Position numbers and translations under genes: made by a program. Below, one piece after another: positions 1 to 7,560 of a stretch of 32,000 nucleotides of DNA (the stretch's first letter is position 1; each line of letters opens with the position of its first letter). The DNA lies in assembly GCA_964565945.1 (NCBI GenBank), contig CAZMGY010000036.1, positions 1 through 32,000 of the forward strand, written 5' to 3'. Below the pieces are notes generated by a model. That model had not been told where the DNA came from. It ran no database searches and was given only the letters and a program-made list of their open reading frames with translations. Origin of the DNA: an uncultured bacterium (GTDB lineage Bacteria; GCA-001730085).

Positions 1-635
1 GCACTCAGGCAAACACCGACAGCATTCCAGAGGAAGTGGACTTGGCAAACTTCTTAACCAAAGTTGTTCAGCTTACATCAAAGCTTGATCCCAAGAGTCA
101 AGCCTACAAACTTGTTGCTCAAGCTCTCGCTATACTACAAAAACAAGACTATCTTATTCATGTGAGATATAGTCAAACTGCAAAAGATAACACGGCAATG
201 GCCTTATCTTATCCCACAGCAAGCGCGCCTGGGGTTTTGGCCATAGTTCCAGATTTAATTAAGGATGATAGACTGCGGCCGATTGCTGTTTTTACCCTTC
301 TCTGGGAACTAAGTCGCATCACACAGCCTGATTTGCCTTTTACAGATCGTTTTCAAACCATACACAGACTTTCATTAGAGATTCTCGGAGAAAATGCCGC
401 AACCCGCCTTGTTACCTCTGTTAAAAACGCAACAGGAGCAAAATTTCGGCAAGGTAATGCGACTCAGGGGTCGATTATTTTTAGAGATTTAAAAACTTTG
501 GAAAACGAAGTATATTTGAATGAACCAGAGATGTGTGTTAGAAACTTACATGAAGTGTTCGAAGGCTTAACCGCTGGCACAATGCAGCCCATGGATTTAA
601 ACAATTTTACCCACGTTGTTGAGAACTACGCCTAG
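1..635 (+). CDS. C-terminal part of an uncharacterised protein; the 5' end lies outside the window
   Basis: The reading frame (codons phased from nt 3) is open from the window edge to TAG at 633-635. The ORF track starts it at an internal GTG (36). I recognise no catalytic or domain motif. Confidence 0.5.
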   Translation, partial: TQANTDSIPEEVDLANFLTKVVQLTSKLDPKSQAYKLVAQALAILQKQDYLIHVRYSQTAKDNTAMALSYPTASAPGVLAIVPDLIKDDRLRPIAVFTLLWELSRITQPDLPFTDRFQTIHRLSLEILGENAATRLVTSVKNATGAKFRQGNATQGSIIFRDLKTLENEVYLNEPEMCVRNLHEVFEGLTAGTMQPMDLNNFTHVVENYA

Positions 636-824
636 ATCTAAAGTCCTGACTCATTACTGAAACTTACAGACACACTGGACTCCCGAACAGTTTGGAGCAC
701 GCCACACAAAATATTTTTGCCGTTGCCTCAGAGATATAGAAGCATTACGAAGCAGTTCTTCAGAGCCAGGGCCTCTTCAACTGAATGACATTGAAAACAG
801 TGTTCAGATCCTGCATCAATCATC

Positions 825-853
825 TTGAAAATAAATCCTAAATATACCATAAT
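825..853 (+). promoter_or_regulatory. Candidate sigma-70-type promoter for the trpS block
   Basis: TTGAAA (825-830), a 17-nt spacer, then CATAAT (848-853), about 70 nt upstream of the trpS ATG. This rests on sequence pattern only. Confidence 0.4.
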
Positions 854-923
854 AGATTATGTTTTATGAATTAGACATAATTCAGATTGTGTGTTACTTA
901 AAGATGACAAGAAAGATAAATCC

Positions 924-1934
924 ATGACAACAGACAAGATGCGTATTTTAAGTGGTATGCGTCCAACAGGTGATTTACATATTGGCCACTGGCTTGGGGT
1001 TCTCAAGAACTGGGTAAGCTACCAGGAGACTCATGAATGTTTTTTTATGATCGCTGACTGGCACGCTCTGATGAGTGAATACAAAAACCCTTCTGGCATC
1101 ACTCGAGCCGTGCAAAGCAATCTTGCCGACTGGTTGGCAGTGGGGCTTGATCCCGAAAAAGCTGCTATATTCGTTCAATCCGATGTTCCCGAGCATCTTG
1201 AGCTTCATACCATTTTCTCGACACTAACACCCATTCCATGGCTCAAACGCTGTCCGACTTACAAAGAGCAGCTCCAAGAGTTAAAAGATAAAGACATTTT
1301 CACATACGCTTTTCTAGGTTACCCAGTGCTACAAACAGCTGACATCGCCCTTTACAAAGCTCATGAAGTTCCAGTCGGCAAAGATCAGCTTCCACATTTG
1401 GAATTGGCTCGTGAAATCATCCGTCGATTTCATCATCTTCTGGATTGCGAAATTTTTCCCGAACCAGAGGCCATTTTATCAAAAAACACACCTAAAGTTC
1501 TTGGCATTGATAAGCGTAAAATGAGCAAAAGCTATAACAATCATATTTCTTTAGGTCTGAGTGAAAAAGACCTGGCAAGCAAAGTCAAACAAATGATCAC
1601 CGATGAAACACGTATTCGCTTGAGTGATCCAGGCCATCCCGATGTCTGTAACGTATTTGACTACTACAGTATTTTTGCCACTCACGAACAGCCAGTTGTT
1701 CGTGAGTGGTGCGAAGGTTCCACCAAAGGATGTATGGATTGTAAAAAACACTTAGTCTCTCTTATGAATGCTCAACTGGCACCGATTCGCGAGAAGCGTG
1801 AAAAACTGCTTCAAGATACCGACTATTTGCAAGAGATCCTTAACGAAGGCGCCCGCAAAGCCCGTCATCAAGCTCAAGAAACCATTCAAGACGTGCGTGA
1901 TGCCTTATCGTGGAGACCTAGCCGTGGATTATAA
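924..1934 (+). CDS. trpS: Tryptophan--tRNA ligase
   Basis: Class-I aaRS HIGH motif (GDLHIGH) and a KMSKS motif, with TrpRS-like length. I moved the start from the listed GTG 891 to ATG 924 (MTTDKMRILSGMRPTG...); this choice is inference. Confidence 0.93.
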   Translation: MTTDKMRILSGMRPTGDLHIGHWLGVLKNWVSYQETHECFFMIADWHALMSEYKNPSGITRAVQSNLADWLAVGLDPEKAAIFVQSDVPEHLELHTIFSTLTPIPWLKRCPTYKEQLQELKDKDIFTYAFLGYPVLQTADIALYKAHEVPVGKDQLPHLELAREIIRRFHHLLDCEIFPEPEAILSKNTPKVLGIDKRKMSKSYNNHISLGLSEKDLASKVKQMITDETRIRLSDPGHPDVCNVFDYYSIFATHEQPVVREWCEGSTKGCMDCKKHLVSLMNAQLAPIREKREKLLQDTDYLQEILNEGARKARHQAQETIQDVRDALSWRPSRGL

Positions 1935-2676
1935 AGTTTCACTCGAAAATTTCGAAGGTCCCTTAGATCTTTTGCTTCACCTCATCAAAAAGGAAGAGGT
2001 CGATATTTACGATATTCCGATTGCAAACATTCTGGTTCAGTACATGGACTATGTTCATCTGATGGAGCTTCTCGATATTAATGTTGCTGGAGAGTTCTTG
2101 GTGATGGCCTCAACACTTATGCTCATTAAATCCAAAATGCTTTTGCCACCAGACCCCAACGAAGAGGAACAAGAAGACCCCCTAGACAATTTGGTTCAAC
2201 AATTGCTTGAATACAAAAAGTTCAAGGAGGCCTCTCACTATCTGCATAAGTGCGAGGAAAACCAAAAAAATATTTTTTACCGTGGGCATAAAGATGAAAT
2301 GATTCTAGGGGATAAAGAGGTGGTTTACAAAGTGGGCTTATTCGATTTGATGCATGCCTTTCATGACGTTCTTGAACGTCAAAACGAAGTCGTCATGCAA
2401 GAGATTATCCAAGAAGAGGTCACTGTCGAAGAATGTTTAGCCGATCTGATTGAAATGTTCAAAGTCAAAGAAGAGTGTCTTTTCAGCGACCTCTTTCAAG
2501 AGATACGGTCCCGCATTCATTTGGTGTGTATGTTTTTGGCTGTTTTGGAACTGACGCGTCAAAAAGAAATTGAAGCCTTTCAAAAAGAAACTTTTGGATC
2601 TATCTTTGTTAAAAAATCAACATTTCAATCAAATGTCGTCACAGAAAAAGTTCCAGAAGCAGTGATGGTCGAATAG
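1924..2676 (+). CDS. scpA: Segregation and condensation protein A (kleisin)
   Basis: N-terminal ScpA signature ENFEGPLDLLLHLIKKEEVDIYDIPIA. The listed ORF start (1768) lies inside trpS in another frame. I prefer GTG 1924, which is preceded by GGAG at 1912-1915. ATG 1900 is the alternative. Confidence 0.8.
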   Translation: MDYKVSLENFEGPLDLLLHLIKKEEVDIYDIPIANILVQYMDYVHLMELLDINVAGEFLVMASTLMLIKSKMLLPPDPNEEEQEDPLDNLVQQLLEYKKFKEASHYLHKCEENQKNIFYRGHKDEMILGDKEVVYKVGLFDLMHAFHDVLERQNEVVMQEIIQEEVTVEECLADLIEMFKVKEECLFSDLFQEIRSRIHLVCMFLAVLELTRQKEIEAFQKETFGSIFVKKSTFQSNVVTEKVPEAVMVE

Positions 2677-2687
2677 GAGACAGATTC

Positions 2688-3341
2688 ATGGAACATAACG
2701 AAGAGAAACCTTTAAAACGCCTGGTTGAAGCTCTCATTTTTGCCGCCGCAGAACCGATCACATTCAAAGACATCAAAAACATTTGTCCCAATATCGAAAA
2801 AAATAACTTAAGCCAAATCATCGCAGAGCTCAATAAAGAGTATAGCGATTCTGAAAGAGCTTTTCATATCATGGATCTCGCCAATGGCTGGCAATTGGTA
2901 ACACACGAAGAGTTTGCCGACGAACTGAGAGAACTCTATAAGCACCGGATCAAAACACGCTTGTCGAAACCCGCACTCGAAACCTTAGCCATTATTTCCT
3001 ACAAACAGCCGATTACCAAAAGCGATATCGAAAATATCCGTGGCGTTAACGCCGATGGAATGATCAAAACCTTGCTTAATCGCGAGCTCATTCGCATTGC
3101 TGGTCGCCAAGATGTTCCTGGCCGTCCAATTATTTATGCAACCACCGATAAGTTCTTGCAATATTTTGGACTTGCAAGTTTAAGAGATTTACCTAAAATT
3201 GATGAGTTCGCCAAAGATGAACCAATAGCCAGACAAAACCAGGAGGAGGGGGCACATGGACTTACAGAGTTTTCGGGAAAAGATCAACACAATCGATCTA
3301 AAAATCCTCAAGCTGCTCAACCAGAGATTAGAGTTTGTTAA
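2688..3341 (+). CDS. scpB: Segregation and condensation protein B
   Basis: ScpB-like winged-helix pattern (LVEALIFAAAEPIT..., ALETLAIISYKQPITKSDIENIRGV, GRPIIYATTDKFLQYFGL). An SD-like AGGAGA lies upstream. The C-terminal tail overlaps pheA by 86 nt. Confidence 0.85.
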   Translation: MEHNEEKPLKRLVEALIFAAAEPITFKDIKNICPNIEKNNLSQIIAELNKEYSDSERAFHIMDLANGWQLVTHEEFADELRELYKHRIKTRLSKPALETLAIISYKQPITKSDIENIRGVNADGMIKTLLNRELIRIAGRQDVPGRPIIYATTDKFLQYFGLASLRDLPKIDEFAKDEPIARQNQEEGAHGLTEFSGKDQHNRSKNPQAAQPEIRVC

Positions 3342-4317
3342 AAAGATTGGAAAAATTAAAGAAAACGAAGATTCGGTGTTCTATGTCCCATCACGTGAGA
3401 ATCTTTTGCTTCGCCACTTGATTCATGTCAACGAAGGACCTCTAAGCAAAAAATCGCTTAAAGCCATCTATCGTGAAGTCATGTCGGCTTCACTAGCGCT
3501 AGAGCATGAGCTTTTGATTGCCTATTTGGGAACTGAAGGGGCCTACACGCACCGTGCCGCCCTTAACCGTTTCGGTCATTCCGTTCAATACAAGTCAATG
3601 GATAGCATCAAAGATGTCTTCGAAAACGTGGCCAAACATCGTTGCGATTATGGAGTTGTTCCCATAGAAAACAGCATCGAAGGGGCTGTCACACACACCT
3701 TGGATATGTTCGTTGATTACGACCTGAAAATTTGCTCCGAAACATCTCTTCCAATTAATCATCACCTGATGGTTAAAAACAAAAGGCATAAAATCAAAAG
3801 CATCTATTCCAATCCACAGGTATTTGGACAATGTCGCCATTGGTTGCAAACCAATTACCCAGGCATCACATTGGTCAATACCGACAGTACCACAGCCGCG
3901 GCCGAAATAGCCACGCGCTACAGCAACTCGGCCGCCATCGCCAGTGATGTGGCCGCCGAACTGTATAACCTTAAAATTCTTAATAGCAACATTCAGGACT
4001 ACGCCAGCAATATGACACGCTTTTTGATCATTGGCCATCAATTGAGCCAGCCAACAGGGCAAGACAAAACCTCCTTGTTGTTTTCGCTCAAAGATGAAAC
4101 GGGCATTCTGGTCGATGTCTTGCGCGCCTTTAAAGCCAATAAGATCAATTTGAAAAAAATCGAATCACGACCAGCCAAAAAAAACATGTGGAAATATTAT
4201 TTCTACATAGATCTCGATGGACATGTGGAAAACGCCAATGTTCGCGAATGCCTAGATATTCTTAAAAACAAAGCTATGCATTTTAAAGTTCTTGGCTCTT
4301 ACCCTCAGGAGGTTTAG
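3256..4317 (+). CDS. pheA: Bifunctional chorismate mutase / prephenate dehydratase (P-protein) with a C-terminal ACT-like region
   Basis: N-terminal chorismate-mutase helix (FREKINTIDLKILKLLNQRLEF). Prephenate dehydratase motifs TRF (NMTRFLIIG) and ESRP (IESRPAKK). Strong SD AGGAGGAGGGGG just upstream of the ATG. Confidence 0.9.
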   Translation: MDLQSFREKINTIDLKILKLLNQRLEFVKKIGKIKENEDSVFYVPSRENLLLRHLIHVNEGPLSKKSLKAIYREVMSASLALEHELLIAYLGTEGAYTHRAALNRFGHSVQYKSMDSIKDVFENVAKHRCDYGVVPIENSIEGAVTHTLDMFVDYDLKICSETSLPINHHLMVKNKRHKIKSIYSNPQVFGQCRHWLQTNYPGITLVNTDSTTAAAEIATRYSNSAAIASDVAAELYNLKILNSNIQDYASNMTRFLIIGHQLSQPTGQDKTSLLFSLKDETGILVDVLRAFKANKINLKKIESRPAKKNMWKYYFYIDLDGHVENANVRECLDILKNKAMHFKVLGSYPQEV

Positions 4318-4321
4318 AGCC

Positions 4322-5149
4322 ATGTTTCAGCACGTTGGCATTATTGGTTTAGGTTTGCTCGGAGGTTCTTTGGCACAAGCTATCAAAAATAAACAATTGG
4401 TTCCCAAAGTGACTGGAATTGCTCGATGCCAAGACACACTTGCCTACGCTCAAGAACATGGATGGATTGACCAATGTTTCACCGAAATCCAAGAATCTTT
4501 AAGCAGTTGTGATCTGATTATTTTATGCACACCAGTCAATCAAATTTTGCAAGACATTGCCTCTTTAGCTAACTATGTTCATCCCAAAACCCTAGTCACC
4601 GACGTTGGGAGCACTAAACAGGACATTTGTCGACAAGGTCGCGCCTGTTTGCCTCATTTTATTGGCAGTCATCCGCTCGCAGGCTCGGAAAAAACAGGTC
4701 TTGAACATTCCCGCAGTGATTTGTTTGAAAACCGCTTTTGCATTATCACTTCAGATCCCGAAGATAACAGAGACACACTAATCAAACTAGAAGACTTTTG
4801 GGTTCAATTAGGCGCCAAAGTCGCTTTTTTAACCACCGAAGAACACGATCGCATTATGGCCTACACAAGCCATTTGCCACACCTTATTGCCGCCAATCTG
4901 ATTCAAAGCTTGGCTGTCAAAGACTCGATTTTTACGGCCAAAGGATTTTGGGATACAACACGTGTTGCTTCGGGCTCGCCCCAAATGTGGCGCGATATTT
5001 GCCAGAGCAACAAAAAATATTTGCTCGAAGCTTGCGAAACATTCAAACACGAACTAGAGCAACTCAAACAAATGATTCAAAACGACCAAACAGACGATTT
5101 GCAAGCCTGGCTTCAAAAAGCCAAAGAGAAAAGGGATCAAAATTTATGA
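4322..5149 (+). CDS. tyrA: Prephenate dehydrogenase
   Basis: Rossmann GxGxxG motif (IGLGLLGG) and a GSHPLAG motif. The start was trimmed from 4292 to ATG 4322, which is preceded by CAGGAGG and lies 4 nt after the pheA stop. Confidence 0.85.
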   Translation: MFQHVGIIGLGLLGGSLAQAIKNKQLVPKVTGIARCQDTLAYAQEHGWIDQCFTEIQESLSSCDLIILCTPVNQILQDIASLANYVHPKTLVTDVGSTKQDICRQGRACLPHFIGSHPLAGSEKTGLEHSRSDLFENRFCIITSDPEDNRDTLIKLEDFWVQLGAKVAFLTTEEHDRIMAYTSHLPHLIAANLIQSLAVKDSIFTAKGFWDTTRVASGSPQMWRDICQSNKKYLLEACETFKHELEQLKQMIQNDQTDDLQAWLQKAKEKRDQNL

Positions 5150-6456
5150 GCGCCTCGGACTCACATTTAATCGTACAGCCACATAAGCGTCCTATGAGAG
5201 GATCCCATAGCGTTCCAGGAGACAAATCCATTTCGCATCGAGGCATCATCTTTGGTTCATTAGCCCAAGGCGCCACCCACCTGTATGGCTTTTTGCAAAG
5301 TGAAGACTGCCTCCACACGCGAGATTGCTTTGAACAGATGGGGGTCTCATCTCACTTAGATGATCAAGGCACACTCACCATCGAGGGCAGAGGTCTCCAT
5401 GGTCTCAACGAACCTCAAGAAACCTTGTACGTAGGCAACTCGGGCACGGCCATTCGCTTGCTTTCAGGTATTTTGGCTGCTCAACCGTTCACCAGTCAAA
5501 TCGAAGGGGATTCCTCCATTGCGCAGCGTCCCATGAAACGAGTGATCGAACCCTTGACTCAAATGGGCGCCATCATCGAAAGTCAAAACGGACTGACACC
5601 TTTACTGTTTCATCCCAGTTCTTTGCAAGGCATCACATATCATTCACCAATTGCTAGTGCTCAAGTTAAATCCTGCCTTTTGTTGGCAGGGCTTTATGCC
5701 GCGGGAACCACAACCGTGTACGAACCTCACCCTTCACGAAATCACACAGAGCTAATGCTCAAACAATTTGGAGCCAACATTCCCACCTTCAAAGGAGAAT
5801 ATGTCCCTTCCATTTTGGCTCAAAACGAGTTTAAAGCTCAAAATTTTTATATACCCGGCGACATTTCGAGTGCAGCTTTTTTTATTGTGGCCGCTTTAAT
5901 CACACCAGGGTCTCAGATCAAACTCAAACGAGTCGGAATAAATCCCACACGACGCGGCATCATCGATGTTCTTTTGCAAATGGGTGCTCACATCGATATC
6001 CAAGACAAGGAAAGTTCTGGGGAGCCTATGGCCGATCTAGTTGTACGCCATTCCAAGCTCAAAGGTATCGAGCTTAAAGGGGACATTATTGCCAACATTA
6101 TTGATGAAATCCCTATTTTATCAATTGCGGCTGCCCACGCCGAAGGAAGCACTCATATTCGTGAAGCCAAAGAGTTACGTGTCAAAGAATCCGACCGCAT
6201 TCATAGCATCGTGCAAATGATTTCACAATTAGGCGGACAAGTTATAGAATACGAAGATGGTTTAATCATTGAGGGTACATCACAACTTCAAGGGGGAAAA
6301 GTGAATAGTTTTGGAGATCATCGCATTGCGATGTCGGCAGCCATCGCGGCGCTTAACAGCCATAAGGCCATTATTATTCAAAACACCGATTGCATCGCCA
6401 CATCCTTCCCTTCGTTTTGGGATTTGTATGCCCACTTTAAAGAAAAAGAAGTATGA
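5146..6456 (+). CDS. aroA: 3-phosphoshikimate 1-carboxyvinyltransferase (EPSP synthase)
   Basis: Full-length EPSPS similarity, including LYVGNSGTAIRLLSG and VKESDRI. ATG 5146 overlaps the tyrA stop (ATGA). The first 116 codons of the listed 552-aa ORF are an out-of-frame read through tyrA. Confidence 0.93.
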   Translation: MSASDSHLIVQPHKRPMRGSHSVPGDKSISHRGIIFGSLAQGATHLYGFLQSEDCLHTRDCFEQMGVSSHLDDQGTLTIEGRGLHGLNEPQETLYVGNSGTAIRLLSGILAAQPFTSQIEGDSSIAQRPMKRVIEPLTQMGAIIESQNGLTPLLFHPSSLQGITYHSPIASAQVKSCLLLAGLYAAGTTTVYEPHPSRNHTELMLKQFGANIPTFKGEYVPSILAQNEFKAQNFYIPGDISSAAFFIVAALITPGSQIKLKRVGINPTRRGIIDVLLQMGAHIDIQDKESSGEPMADLVVRHSKLKGIELKGDIIANIIDEIPILSIAAAHAEGSTHIREAKELRVKESDRIHSIVQMISQLGGQVIEYEDGLIIEGTSQLQGGKVNSFGDHRIAMSAAIAALNSHKAIIIQNTDCIATSFPSFWDLYAHFKEKEV

Positions 6457-7160
6457 ATATCTCAGCTACCACAAACAAAGACATCGTTTCGTTAATAAAC
6501 GTAATCACCATTGATGGACCTGCGGGTTCGGGCAAAAGCACCTTGGCCAAACAATTGGCTCAAAAACTCGATTGGACTTATTGTAACACGGGGGCGATGT
6601 ATCGTGCTGTCACACTCGCTTGTCTTGAACGTCAGGTTGACCTTAGCGATCATGATGCCATTGTTCAGCTCTGTGAATCTTTACAAATCTCGTTGGTCGA
6701 CAACCTAGTTCGCATCGACAACAAAGATGTCACTGAAAATATTCGTAGTTTTGCCGTTAATCAAAATGTTTCTCATGTGGCCACTATTCCCAGAGTCAGA
6801 CGTGCTCTGGTACGTCTGCAAAAACAGTGCACCCTCGAAGAGAATATAGTTATGGAAGGGCGCGATATTGGAAGCGTCGTCTGTCCATCGGCCAAATATA
6901 AATTTTACCTAGATGCATCCATCGACACACGTGCCAAAAGGCGCATTTTAGAATATCAAACCAAAGGGACCGATCTTAACCTGGAAGACATGAAAAAACA
7001 ACTCATCGAACGCGATAACAAAGATTCTTATCGTCTCGATAGCCCGCTCACCATACCAACCGATGCGGTGATGATCGATAGCACCGATAAATCGATTGAC
7101 CAAGTCCTCGAACAAATACTGTACTTTTTACCCCAAAAATTGGGAGACATTCTCTTGTGA
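6453..7160 (+). CDS. cmk: Cytidylate kinase
   Basis: P-loop IDGPAGSGKST and a CMP-kinase-like body (GRDIGSVV). ATGA overlap with the aroA stop. Confidence 0.9.
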   Translation: MNISATTNKDIVSLINVITIDGPAGSGKSTLAKQLAQKLDWTYCNTGAMYRAVTLACLERQVDLSDHDAIVQLCESLQISLVDNLVRIDNKDVTENIRSFAVNQNVSHVATIPRVRRALVRLQKQCTLEENIVMEGRDIGSVVCPSAKYKFYLDASIDTRAKRRILEYQTKGTDLNLEDMKKQLIERDNKDSYRLDSPLTIPTDAVMIDSTDKSIDQVLEQILYFLPQKLGDILL

Positions 7161-7367
7161 AAATGGTTTTTTATATCTTTGTCAAACTGATTATAGGTTC
7201 AGCATTCAAAGTTATTTCTTCGTTGCACATCTATGGGCATCAGAATTTGCCCAAAAATCCTCACTGCTAACCATGCGAGCTTTTTAGATCTTTTCCCAAA
7301 AAAGGCACACGCACGAACTCTTTTAAGCGCAGGCTTTGGTTATAAAGCACTTAAAAGGCCAACATAA
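7157..7367 (+). pseudogene. Frameshifted and truncated relic of a 1-acyl-sn-glycerol-3-phosphate acyltransferase (PlsC/LPLAT family)
   Basis: GTG 7157 overlaps the cmk stop (GTGA). Its frame reads VKMVFYIFVKLIIGSAFKVISSLHIYGHQNLPKNPHC and stops at 7268-7270. The +1 frame continues LTANHASFLDLFPKK..., which carries the acyltransferase HX4D motif (NHASFLD), and stops at 7365-7367. The total is far shorter than a normal PlsC of roughly 200-250 aa. Confidence 0.5.
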
Positions 7368-7445
7368 ACAAGCTCGGAACCTCGAAGGCAAAATTCTTCA
7401 CTACGAGATGGCTTTGGCTCAGCATAACGATAGCTAGGGATTGAC

Positions 7446-7475
7446 TTGATTCTTCAGCTTTATTTAAAGTATAAT
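7446..7475 (+). promoter_or_regulatory. Candidate sigma-70-type promoter for ppdK
   Basis: TTGATT (7446-7451), an 18-nt spacer, then TATAAT (7470-7475), about 85 nt upstream of the ppdK ATG, which has SD AAGGAG. Pattern only. Confidence 0.45.
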
Positions 7476-7560
7476 GGGGGCTTTGTAATTTTAGTTCAAT
7501 ATGGACATATGTAGAAAAATCCAAAAGAATTTTAAATAACATAAACTAAGGAGAACAAAT

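Noticed and set aside
859-927. A 22-codon uORF (MFYELDIIQIVCYLKMTRKINP*) ending in an ATGA overlap with the trpS start, considered as a possible leader peptide.
   Set aside because: It contains no Trp codons and has no terminator/antiterminator structure. Its ATG lies at or upstream of the TSS predicted from the 825-853 promoter.
1768-1923. The upstream part of the listed scpA ORF, inside trpS.
   Set aside because: The ScpA signature begins near 1940, and a GGAG-GTG start is available at 1924. The upstream codons overlap the well-supported trpS C-terminus out of frame.
4798-5145. A 116-codon N-terminal extension of the listed aroA ORF, which would overlap tyrA in another frame.
   Set aside because: EPSPS homology starts at ATG 5146 (MSASDSHLIVQP...), which forms an ATGA junction with the tyrA stop. 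The extension is Arg-rich nonsense typical of an off-frame read of a real gene.
7096-7542. Listed ORFs 7096-7287 (+) and 7351-7542 (-) in the cmk-ppdK gap.
   Set aside because: The first is the third frame across the cmk end and the plsC relic. The second lies antisense over the ppdK promoter. Neither has coding features, and the plsC-relic reading explains the region better.
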